Source: Mayamaea pseudoterrestris
Lineage: Eukaryota
Assembly (NCBI GenBank): GCA_027923505.1
Contig: BROI01000002.1
Span: 1,860,001-1,924,000, forward strand
Direction: 5' to 3'
Length of the DNA: 64,000 nucleotides
This document shows, piece after piece, positions 1 to 10,300 of this stretch (position 1 is the first letter of the stretch; every line of letters begins with the position of its first letter). The notes below the pieces were generated by a model. It saw only the letters and a list, made by a program, of their open reading frames with translations. It made no database searches and had not been told where the DNA came from. Both the position numbers and the translations under genes were made by a program.

Positions 1-2
1 AT

Positions 3-119
3 CGCGAGTTTGAAGCTCAAATGGCTTACTACTACGAGTCCATTGAAATCATGCAGCCGACTGGCTGCCGGAATTTGAACACTGCAGTGAAAATTCTTGT
101 CGCAAAGGAACGCATGTAG
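3..119 (+). CDS. Possible 3' end of an upstream gene, cut by the window edge
   Basis: The frame is open from base 3 to TAG at 117-119 (REFEAQMAYYYESIEIMQPTGCRNLNTAVKILVAKERM*). An AT-rich spacer follows, convergent with PMS2. No recognisable domain. Confidence 0.3.
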   Translation, partial: REFEAQMAYYYESIEIMQPTGCRNLNTAVKILVAKERM

Positions 120-269
120 AATGCCAGTAGCGACACACTGTACACTATTTTGAACAAAGATTGCGCTACTGATATTGTATGTGTAGTTTTATTAGTATTT
201 TCACAAGCCGTAAACGTGTCTGTATGCTCTAGTAGCGTAGTCTCAACATGCGGATGCATCCTCGTGACT

Positions 270-2285
270 TTAAAAGGCAGCATCAGCATCATCCTGACTC
301 ATCATGGTGGTCGCCGTGTCTCCAATGAGCTCTCGCGCCTTTTGATCGTCACCTCGCAATAGGCACTCCAGCGCCAAGACGTGACGCATGGTTGGCCGAC
401 CGTGTGGACAGTTCCATGGATGCTCGACATCCTGCAACCGCCTGACGATCCGGTCCATGTCCTTTTGCGAAAGCGCTTGACCTATCATGATACTTCCGCG
501 ACACGCACGACTTGCAAACATGGCAATCGCTTTTGGTAAGCGAACTATAACCTTTTCCGCTGGATCAATGCCTCTCGATCCACTAGTGTACCGGCGAACA
601 GCATTGTTGCCGTACAATCCATTTCCATCCGCTCCGGTTCCAGTTCCGGCTGCTCCATCGTGCGACGCTGACGACTCGTCGACGCCCAATATATGACAGA
701 GCGCGGATACATCCTCCTTTCCAAATTGAACAGCCTTGCGTCCGTCGGGTGCGCCACTGTGTGGAAGCGCCGTCAGTGACAATCGATGGCGCGGCTGCTT
801 GTCCCAATCCACCTTGAATCGAAACCCATTCTTCTCAAAAATCTCCATATTGTCCATAATGCATGACTCCTCGGCAGGCATAAGCTCCAGTGGCATTGGC
901 GAAATGAGGCGCTGCTCCGTAATGATCGTCTCGGCCATAAGCTTTTCGAAGTTGAACTTTTCATCGCATGCGTGCTGGTCCAAGATCCATAAATTGCAGT
1001 CCTGGCTCACGGCGAGTAGAAAGCCTAAATTGAATTGACCAATGACACGCATGGAGCTAAAATCTTCCTTTGAAAGACTGATAATGTCAGTCTGCACCTC
1101 TGGGTGATCAAGCGACACTGCCGTGTTCTCGTAGCGTAATCTACGATCACGTAATGCTAACCGTTCCCGACGCGACATCAAAACGGCGTCATCAGTCCCA
1201 GTAAACGCATCGAAAACAATTGATGAAGTCTCGCGCTGTGGATGATCTTGCGTCGGCAGTGCAGGTTGAGTGACATCATCGTCGTCATCGTCGCCATCTT
1301 CTTGTTCATCGTCATCGGCCGACGAGGGAGGGCTCCGGCAGCGATCCAGCGATACGCGACGTTGCTCTGCTTTCGCTTCATCCCCGCCATCGCCAGTTGT
1401 TACAGCCGTTCTATTTACAAGGTCAGACTGTGCCGTTGAATTCAAGGCAGACCTCCGCTGACGCTTGGAGTGTAAACCAGACATTGACGCATCGGAGTTA
1501 CGCTTTATTGTGAATTGTTCAACTTCTTCCAAAGACTGGACTGACACAGTCTGGGAGCTACTACGCATAGATGCGAATCCATAACGATCCAAGCCAGCCT
1601 GCGAACCTCCAAGTTCATGTGCGCCATTCCGATAACGATCAAACGAATTCGCCATCATACCAACACGCTCCACAGCCGTCTCACCTGATCTCTGCAGAAT
1701 TCCCGATCGCCTCGTCTCACTTGGAAGCATCCGTCTATGCAAACTTGATGGAGCTACAGAACCAATACGAATATCATCAAGCGCCTCGCCTCCCTTGTGG
1801 TCGTCAGCGTGTGGCGTAATATGAGCAATTCCAGTCAGACCACCACTGACAGCGTTGATTGCGGCTTCTTCAATTTCATCATCAAAAAACTCTTGCTCAT
1901 GAGCTGGTCGAAGAGCCAGCTTTGGAATGACCTCGTCGTCACTCGAGTCATCTGCATCGTCAGCCATTTCCGCCATGACCTCCTTCTTACGAGCTTCCTC
2001 TTGCTCTGGCGTGGACGTTGCTCGTCCATCATCGTATTGGTGCTGCAACCTCATTCGTCGCACGTCATTGACAAAGGCGTAACGGCGTGTGAAGCGACTT
2101 GGGCTTGATGTGTCGCCGAATACTTCCGCAACCTCGTCGTTCTCGTCATCGTCCGACTCGGTTTGCTCCGCCCCATCGTCATCGCCACGTCCACCATCAC
2201 TAGTCGTTGTAGCGCCACTCGAAGACCAGTGTATTGGTAGTAGCGGTCGCGATTGCTTCTTGATGCGTAAAGGCGTGTGGCATGG
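270..2285 (-). CDS. PMS2: PMS2/PMS1-type MutL-alpha endonuclease subunit, linker and C-terminal half only (5'-truncated)
   Basis: MutL_C motifs are present: IGQFNLGF, DQHACDEKFNFE (DQHA-x2-E-x4-E), FASRACR and WNCPHGRPTMRH. The frame stays open upstream of the listed ORF until a TAG at 2286-2288. No GHKL ATPase domain is seen anywhere in the window. Confidence 0.85.
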   Translation of the reverse strand, partial: PCHTPLRIKKQSRPLLPIHWSSSGATTTSDGGRGDDDGAEQTESDDDENDEVAEVFGDTSSPSRFTRRYAFVNDVRRMRLQHQYDDGRATSTPEQEEARKKEVMAEMADDADDSSDDEVIPKLALRPAHEQEFFDDEIEEAAINAVSGGLTGIAHITPHADDHKGGEALDDIRIGSVAPSSLHRRMLPSETRRSGILQRSGETAVERVGMMANSFDRYRNGAHELGGSQAGLDRYGFASMRSSSQTVSVQSLEEVEQFTIKRNSDASMSGLHSKRQRRSALNSTAQSDLVNRTAVTTGDGGDEAKAEQRRVSLDRCRSPPSSADDDEQEDGDDDDDDVTQPALPTQDHPQRETSSIVFDAFTGTDDAVLMSRRERLALRDRRLRYENTAVSLDHPEVQTDIISLSKEDFSSMRVIGQFNLGFLLAVSQDCNLWILDQHACDEKFNFEKLMAETIITEQRLISPMPLELMPAEESCIMDNMEIFEKNGFRFKVDWDKQPRHRLSLTALPHSGAPDGRKAVQFGKEDVSALCHILGVDESSASHDGAAGTGTGADGNGLYGNNAVRRYTSGSRGIDPAEKVIVRLPKAIAMFASRACRGSIMIGQALSQKDMDRIVRRLQDVEHPWNCPHGRPTMRHVLALECLLRGDDQKARELIGDTATTMMSQDDADAAF

Positions 2286-3789
2286 CTATGTGCTCGAGAA
2301 AGAATTCTTGTAGATCTGCAAACATCACTTTTCAGTCGATGCAGCTCGTACAGTGGAGGATTGATGAACAGGACGCTTTGCAAGACATGGAATGGCGGTA
2401 GATCACTCGAAGTTGGCTGTGGGTGGAATATTTGTTTGAAATTCTTGGAGCAAAGGTTGGATACAAGTGCTCGAACTTCTTTAGTTCGTCTGCTGTAAGA
2501 AAGTCTTTTGGGTAGTCTCCTCGCCATTGCGAAAGCTTGTTGCTACAGTTCTTCTACACTTTCTTCTTCTTTCAATTCAATTGGAGGACTTGTTGTTGGA
2601 GTTGAATCTTTATCAGCGCTGCAAGTTGTGACGTTGTCGGTCTGTCATGTCGCGTCGTTGGCGTTTGTGATTGTTGGCTCAAGATTGGTGGTTTCAGTTG
2701 TGTCGCTGCTCGTTGTGACGTTATTGGTGCTGCGCGTGGCGTCGTAGCCGTGGTAGGGATCGTTGAGATTGTTTGCTTGCTCTTCAATTGATGGAGTGCA
2801 CTTGTTGCTCTGATTTACTTGACTTGTCTTGTTCATGGAATGGTAGACCCTTCCTGTCTTGCTTGCCGATTTGCTCCAAGTGTTTCAATGTTTTGAATTA
2901 AAGTGCTGAAGTGTCTCCGTTCTTGCTCGGTTGAGTCTTGCTTGTTGAAGGTCGTCTTCAAAGTCGTTCTTCTTCATCACTTGTGCTTGGGTCGCCGCCA
3001 TATGGATGCCCAACTGCGTCCATTAAGATTTGACGATGGAAGATTTAGGTTTGGCTTTGGCGACTCACTTGTTGTTGACGACTTTGTTAAAGGCACCAGT
3101 TTGACGGCTTGCTTCTTGTTGGTGGAGCTTGACGTTGGTCTTGTGCGTTTCGTTCGAGTTGTTGATGGAGCTGGAGGCTGCTCGATTGATGAATCATCTT
3201 CCGATGAATAGTCTTTAATCTGATGTGGCTGTAGACCGCGCCAATTGGTTTGTGGATATAAAGGCAACGGTGTTGGAGCTGAGGATTGCAGGGAGTGCTG
3301 GATAAGTTCCGTCAACTAAGTCGGCATGTATGAAGGCCGAAATCGCTCCTGAGTTTGTAGAAGGATAACGGGGCTTGAAGACGTTGCATGAGGAACGATC
3401 GTCGCGAAGTCAACTGAAGGGCTTCGGTGTACTGCTGCAAGTCCTTGTTCGAGTAATGGCGCTTGACGAGGCACTTGTTCACGCATGATGGTTGCGGGTG
3501 AGGCTCTTGACGATGGTTTTGATGCTCAAGTTGACGCGAGTTTGCTCTTGATGATCTCGACACGATAATCATTGTCTCTTGGTTGGTCTCTTGGCGCTCG
3601 TTGTTGCGATTCTGGCGATAACGGCGGTCTTCTTGTTGATCATCTTGAGGAAGACGACGATCTTGATGCTCGATTTGAATTGCGGGCAGCTCTCTTGGTC
3701 ACGTTCTAAACCCCGCTCTTGTTGCTCGTGCTTCTTCATCTTCCAATTGACGACGGCTTCGTGACAGAGCGGGTGTTCCATCCCGAGAC

Positions 3790-4700
3790 GTGATGGGCGT
3801 TGGCTACCGTTCAAAGCAGTCGGCAGCGCGATGTCTGGTTGATGGCAAGGTAGCATTTGAATGATGGCGGTTCGCGTGTTGTTATAGTTGGTTTGTGGGC
3901 GTTCATTACGAGTTGGCGGCGCTTGATGCTGACGAGTGTTTTGTTGGCGTAAAAGTTTCTTGTTGCGGCGGTTCTGGTTGCGCTGCATATAGAACAATCT
4001 CGTTGACTCCCTTGTATTAAAGCTTCTTCATCTTCTGCTGCGTAAATCGTTTGGTAGATAGTCGACCTGGCGCCCTCCATTCGGTCTTGGTCAGGCGTTG
4101 CTTGGTCTTTGCTACTTTGCTCTGGCGAAGCAGTATTGAGGCGGCAGTTTGTACATGAGCGTAGCCATCAGGTCTTCTGCAAGAAGTGTTTGGTTGAACT
4201 TGATGGCTTGCGATTGCATGAGAGTCGATGAGGTCTTGAGAGTTTGCAGTTGGTCGTTCGAGCTTGAGATTTTGAATGCCCGTCGGTAAAGTGTTGGCGC
4301 CATGAACTTTGTCTGGAAAAACTTGATTTCCAATGCGTTGATAACCTTCCAAGCTTCGCCTCCTGGATACTCTGTTGATTCTGCTCCGACAAGATGGTCG
4401 TTCAACTCGGGGAATGGCGACAATGCGATGGAGAGCGTTTGCATGAGCGTTTATGCTTGCGTTCCGCTTGTTGGTTTCAAATGATTTGGATTTCGTCTGC
4501 TGTTGCGTTCGCTGCAGGATCAGTAATGACTTCATGTTGAGTAGCTGGTAAATGCTCGGGTCGACTGCCTCTTATAGGAGCGAAGCAGCCTGCAATTTTT
4601 TGCATGATTCTTGAACTGGTTGAACCATGATGGAAAGGCTTCGATGGTATTGGTTATCTTTGGCGTTTTTGTGGCGCATTCATAGTGATGTCTTCTTGTT
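3790..4700 (-). pseudogene. Copia-like gag remnant with CCHC zinc knuckle
   Basis: Fragments read EAFPSWFNQFKNHA, GEAWKVINALEIKF and LMYKLPPQY. At 3816-3855 the minus strand reads TGC TAC CTT [T]GC CAT CAA CCA G[G]A CAT CGC GCT GCC GAC TGC, giving CYLCHQPGHRAADC after restoring two single bases. Confidence 0.65.
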
Positions 4701-5386
4701 GGTCGGTCATGGAGCGATTAGAATGAGTAGTAAAAGTTTTGGCTATTGGTTGGACGTTGATAGCTAACGTTGTTGTCGGCGAATGAAGATTGACGGTTTG
4801 GGGTAGCTAAACGTTGCTGACGTGGCCAATTGAGTTGCTGATGTGACGGAGTTTGAAAACGTGAACGAGCGTGGAACTGCTGAGCGTGTTGATCGCGACG
4901 ATGGACACGTTGTTGATTTGTCACTTGTCGATTTCGTTGAGCTTGTAAGTGCAGCTGTCGTTGTTGTTGATTAAGAAGATGATTTAAACGAGTTACTTGA
5001 GCTTGAAGACTGTTTATATCGCGTGTATGATGAGTTGTAGTGTTGCGCGTGTCGTTGATGCGAGGCTGGACTCGAAGGATTGGATTGGAGGTTCGGTTTT
5101 GCTGTCGGGTTGGCGTGACGCTTCGATTCGCTTGTTGTTGTCTTAAACGCTGCTGGTAAGGACGATTGCTGTTCGTTTCGTTGCGTCTTTGACTAACAGT
5201 GATTCGATTGCGTTGAAGATTGATCGAAGCTTGTTGCGTTGTTGATGCGCGCTCTTGACTTGCTTGTCGCTGTCTGTTTCGTTGTTGAAGAAGTGCTTGA
5301 CGACGGTCTGCAACGCTTTGAACTGTTGCGATGCGAGGTGCTTCTTGGTAAGTGCTTGAAACGTTCTGAGAGCGAAGAGTTTGTTG

Positions 5387-6637
5387 CTATGGTCTCGTGT
5401 CTTGGCGATGCGCTTGTCTAACTGGCGCTTGATTTGCTTCTTGTTGGCGAATTGAATTGATTGATCGGCAAGTATGCGTCATGCTTGTTGGCGATGTCTC
5501 TAATTGCTCGTTGACTGGCGATGAGTTGCTGCTTGGCGAGGGTACGTGTGTTTGCGTATTGGCGATGCACACAGAACAAGCGCACGTCGTCTCTGTGTTT
5601 ATATCTGGTACTTCAGAAAGTCTTTGCAAGTCTTGACGTCTGATTTCTTCGTCCTTTTGAAGCAGGAAACGAGTCTTCTTGAGGAAGTAAAGAGTTACTG
5701 GATGCGATAGGTCTTTTGCTTCGAATTCGTCTCGCTCGTTGCGCAAAGTGTCTTCTAGTAGAAGAATCTCCTTCTCTTCGGGCGTGAAAGGATTGTTCGG
5801 TCGGCAAAGATCAAGGCTCTTGTAAAAGTCTGCTCGCTTTTCGTCAAGGAAGATTAATGACTTTGGAGAAAAGATGAAGGCTTTGAGAAAGGGTACGTTG
5901 CTGTCGATGTAACTTGTTTGTCGCCCTGAGTTTGCGGTTGACGCGGCAACTTTTGCTAATCCGTCTTCTTTGAATTCTTCCGCAATGTGACTGTAAAACA
6001 CTTCATTGTTGGCAAGGTCTTTAAACTGATTGAAGCGCTGCTCACAAACTTGTTCCGGGTCGATTGGCTTTGATGAAGGCGGCGGTAGAATGCCTCGAAA
6101 GATCCAGGCGAAACGCTTGTCTTCTTCGTCCCAAGTCCAAGGGGTTGGAGGAGAGACGCGCGGGTCGTAACGATACCAGCCGTATCGAACGTTCGGGTGG
6201 TTGTAAACTGCTTTCTCTTCGTCAGAGGCGGGTCGTCCAGTTAAATGCCAGTCTTCGGGGTTGTTTGGTGAAAGGCGACGAAGGCTGTCGCGTGTGTTGG
6301 ACTCGGTTGGAATGCGCTCTCGTTCTTGATTGCTTGCAATTTGATCGGCGGCGGTAAGTCGGATTACTGGGCGGCCTTCTGGAGCGACCGATTGGAGACT
6401 TGAAGGGTTGAACTCGTGTAAAGTAATGTTGGTGAAGAGGACGACGACTTGTAGAAGGCGTCGTGAAGAATTAAAGACTTGGCGGCTTGTGTTGAAGCGG
6501 CGAAGGAAACTGTAAAGAAGGCGCGTGACTGGTGGAGTGAGAGGCGACTTGGAAAGAGTGCTCGGCAGACTAGGTAAAGTAGTTCTGCTCAACTGATGGA
6601 GACTTGAAATCTGCTCGACGACGTTGGCCTTGATCAA
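5387..6637 (-). CDS. 416-aa ORF of unknown function inside the retroelement-like block (possible N-terminal extension of gag)
   Basis: Long stop-free frame just downstream of the putative LTR and on the same strand as the gag remnant. No recognisable domain. Confidence 0.4.
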   Translation of the reverse strand: MIKANVVEQISSLHQLSRTTLPSLPSTLSKSPLTPPVTRLLYSFLRRFNTSRQVFNSSRRLLQVVVLFTNITLHEFNPSSLQSVAPEGRPVIRLTAADQIASNQERERIPTESNTRDSLRRLSPNNPEDWHLTGRPASDEEKAVYNHPNVRYGWYRYDPRVSPPTPWTWDEEDKRFAWIFRGILPPPSSKPIDPEQVCEQRFNQFKDLANNEVFYSHIAEEFKEDGLAKVAASTANSGRQTSYIDSNVPFLKAFIFSPKSLIFLDEKRADFYKSLDLCRPNNPFTPEEKEILLLEDTLRNERDEFEAKDLSHPVTLYFLKKTRFLLQKDEEIRRQDLQRLSEVPDINTETTCACSVCIANTQTHVPSPSSNSSPVNEQLETSPTSMTHTCRSINSIRQQEANQAPVRQAHRQDTRP

Positions 6638-6934
6638 ACGCTTGATCCGACTCGAGGTAAACTAAAAGATAAAGGCAAAAGGGTCGCTTGTAGACTTGCT
6701 CTTGCTCACTCAATACTCCGCTTGTTGCTGCAGAGCTTTGGAAATTCGAGGTTGACAGAAAGGGCTTGAAGAAATCCGCGTCCGGTTTTGTTCAATGCTT
6801 TGGAAACTTGGTAAAAAGATCTTGGTTCAATCGGCAAGTAATTACTTTGCTTGAGATCCAAGATGAAGGTCCGTACGGAAGTAGGGAGAAAAGACGGTTT
6901 AAACGCTAAAAGACTGGGGAAACTTTGAATCTAT

Positions 6935-7385
6935 TGTTAGTAGATCCTCTAGAATGAGACGAAAGTGAAGCGGTCGATTTCGCATCCAAAAGTGGCTTCT
7001 CATTCATACGTATGTATATTGTCTACCGGTCGTGTCATTTTGTACTGGCCATCCCGTAGGCGGGATGGCTCTCGTCCGTCTACAGAATTGGCAGTATAGT
7101 CTTCACTGCTGGTAGTGTTTGCACGGCTTCGCTCTGTAGGGGCCAAACATTCGCTGTGTACGCCGGTTCCAGTATTCGATGTGCTTGTGGTAGTCTTTCT
7201 ACGGTTGTCAGTCGTGACTTCTTCGGGTACGGTGAAGTGTGTAGGGTTTGAGCCAGTGGCTGACTTTCTCGCCGTCGTTGGGGTGTGGTCGGGAACGGGA
7301 TCTTCCGTGTCTTGGTGCCGCTGAGACCGTGTCGATGTCCTTTTCAATGTTGCTTTGTTCGTCGGCCAAAACGGGGATCCCAGCA
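6935..7385 (-). repeat. Putative 5' LTR (~451 bp) of the gag-bearing element
   Basis: The minus strand begins TGCTGG exactly where satellite similarity stops (7385) and ends CTAACA. Its + strand edge (tgttagtagatcctctagaat) resembles the edge of the intact Copia LTR (tgttggatctagaat). No partner copy was found to confirm it. Confidence 0.4.
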
Positions 7386-10300
7386 TTGCCATCTACTGAG
7401 GGCCCAGCCAGGTAATGCATCTTGTAGCGCACCTGAATTAAGGATGTAAGCACCATTCTGGAATGATTAGGGCATACACATGGCTCTAGGTATGGGTGTT
7501 TGAAAGTCATGGCATCCTTTGGCTTAAACTGGTGACAAGTTGTCACCAATCCCATTGCAGTCTACCTAGGGACTAGTCAGGCAAAGCATCTTGTAGCGGA
7601 CTTACAATAAGGATGTTAGCACTATTCTGGCATGATTTGGGCATACATATTACTCTAGTATGGGTGTTTGAAAATCATGGAATCTGCTGGCTGAGACTGG
7701 TGACAAGTTGTCACCAAATACATTGCAGTCTCCAGGGGACCAGCCAGACAATGCATCTTGTAGAGCACTGGAAAAAAGGCTGCTGGCACCATCAGGCTAA
7801 ATTTGGTCACAGTATGGGCCTAATCATTGGCACCATTCTGGTGTAATTTGGGCACGTACAGGGCTTGCTGTAGGGGCATTTGAATGTCAAGGCATCTGCG
7901 GGCTGAGACTGGTGACAAGTTGTCACCAAATACATTGCAGTCCCCTGAGACACCAGCCAGGCATACCATCTTGTAGCGCATCCCATATAATGATGTTGGC
8001 ACCATTCTGGTGGCATTTGGGTGTATACATGGCCTGCTGCAGGGGTGTTTGAATGTCAAGGCATCTGCGGGCTGAGACTGGTGACCAGTTGTCACCAAAT
8101 ACATTGCCATCCACTGAGACACCAGCCAGGCATACCATCTTGTAGCGCAGCCTCAATAATGATGTTGGCGCCATTCTGGTGTCTTTTGGGTGTATACATG
8201 GCCTGCTGTAGGGGTGTTTGAATGTCAAGGCTGTCTGGCGGAGACTGGTGACAAGTTGTCAACAAATACATTGCAGTCCCCTGAGACACAAGCCAGGCAT
8301 ACCATCTTGTAGCGCAGCCTATATAATGATGTTGGCACCATTCTGGTGTCATTTGGGTGTATACATGGCCTGCTGTAGGGGCATTTGAATGTCAAGGCAT
8401 CTGCGGGCTGAGACTGGTGACAAGTTGTCACCAAATACATTGCAGTCCCCTGAGACACCAGCCAGGCATACCATCTTGTAGCACAGCCTAAATAATCATG
8501 TTGGCACCATTCTGGTGTCATTTGGGTGTATACATGGCCTGCTGTAGGGGCGTTTGAATGTCAAGGCATCTGCGGGCTGAGACTGGTGACAAGTTGTCAC
8601 CAAATACATTGCAGTCCCCTGAGACACCAGCCAGGCATACCATCTTGTAGCACAGCCTGAATAATGATGTTGGCACCATTCTGGTGTCATTTGGGTGTAT
8701 ACATGGCCTGCTGTAGGGGCATTTGAATGTCAAGGCATCTGCGGGCTGAGACTGGTGACAAGTTGTCACCAAATACATTGCAGTCCCCTGAGTCAAAAAA
8801 CAGGCATACCATCTTGTAGCGCGGCCTAAATAATGATGTTGGCACCATTCTGGTGTCATTTGGGTGTATACATGGCCTGCTGTAGGGGCATTTGAATGTC
8901 AAGGCATCTGCGGGCTGAGACTGGTGACAAGTTGTCACCAAATACATTGCCGTCCCCTGAGACACCAGCCAGGCATACCATCTTGTAGCGCAGCCTGAAT
9001 AATGATGTTGGCACCATTCTGGTGTCATTTGGGTGTATACATGGCCTGCTGTAGGGGCGTTTGAATGTCAAGGCATCTGCGGGCTGAGACTGGTGACAAG
9101 TTGTCACCAAATACATTGCAGTCCCCTGAGACACCAGCCAGGCATACCATCTTGTAGCGCAGCCTAAATAATGATGTTGGCGCCATTCTGGTGTCATTTG
9201 GGTGTATACATGGCCTGCTGTTGGGGTGTTTAAATGTCAAGGCATCTGCCGGCTGAGATTGGTGACAAGTTGTCACCAAATACATTGCAGTCCCCTGAGA
9301 CACCAGCCAGGCATACCATCTTGTAGCGCAGCCTGAATAATGATGTTGGCGCCATTCTGGTGTCATTTGGGTGTATACATGGCCTGCTGTAGGGGCATTT
9401 GAATGTCAAGGCATCTGCGGGCTGAGACTGGTGACAAGTTGTCACCAAATACATTGCAGTCCCCTGAGACACCAGCCAGGCATACCATCTTGTAGCGCAG
9501 CCTGAATAATGATGTTGGCACCATTCTGGTGTCATTTGGGTGTATACATGGCCTGCTGTAGGGGCGTTTGAATGTCAAGGCATCTGCGGGCTGAGACTGG
9601 TGACAAGTTGTCACCAAATACATTGCCGTCCCCTGAGACACCAGCCAGGCATACCATCTTGTAGCGCAGCCTGAATAATGATGTTGGCGCCATTCTGGTG
9701 TCATTTGGGTGTATACATGGCCTGCTGTAGGGGTGTTTGAATGTCATGGCATCTGCGGGCTGAGACTGGTGACAAGTTGTCACCAAATACATTGCAGTCC
9801 CCTGAGACACCAGCCAGGCATACCATCTTGTAGCGCAGCCTAAATAATGATGTTGGCGCCATTCTGGTGTCATTTGGGTGTATACATGGCCTGCTGCAGG
9901 GGCGTTTGAATGTCAAGGCATCTGCGGGATGAGACTGGTGACAAGTTGTCACCAAATACATTGCAGTCCCCTGAGACACCAGCCAGGCATACCATCTTGT
10001 AGCGCAGCCTAAATAATGATGTTGGCGCCATTCTGGTGTCATTTGGGTGTATACATGGCCTGCTGTAGGGGCGTTTGAATGTCAAGGCATCTGCGGGCTG
10101 AGACTGGTGACAAGTTGTCACCAAATACATTGCAGTCCCCTGAGACACCAGCCAGGCATACCATCTTGTAGCGCAGCCTAAATAATGATGTTGGCGCCAT
10201 TCTGGTGTCATTTGGGTGTATACATGGCCTGCTGTAGGGGCATTTGAATGTCAAGGCATCTGCGGGCTGAGATTGGTGACAAGTTGTCACCAAATACATT

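Larger units (their letters stand above)
2290..7385 (-). mobile_element. Frameshifted or truncated LTR-retroelement-like block (gag-bearing, no pol visible)
   Basis: Contains Gag-like fragments, a broken zinc knuckle and a 416-aa ORF, with strand-skewed composition (T-rich + strand). A TG..CA-bounded segment lies at 6935-7385. No second LTR or RT/IN motifs were found, and the left boundary is approximate. Confidence 0.55.
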
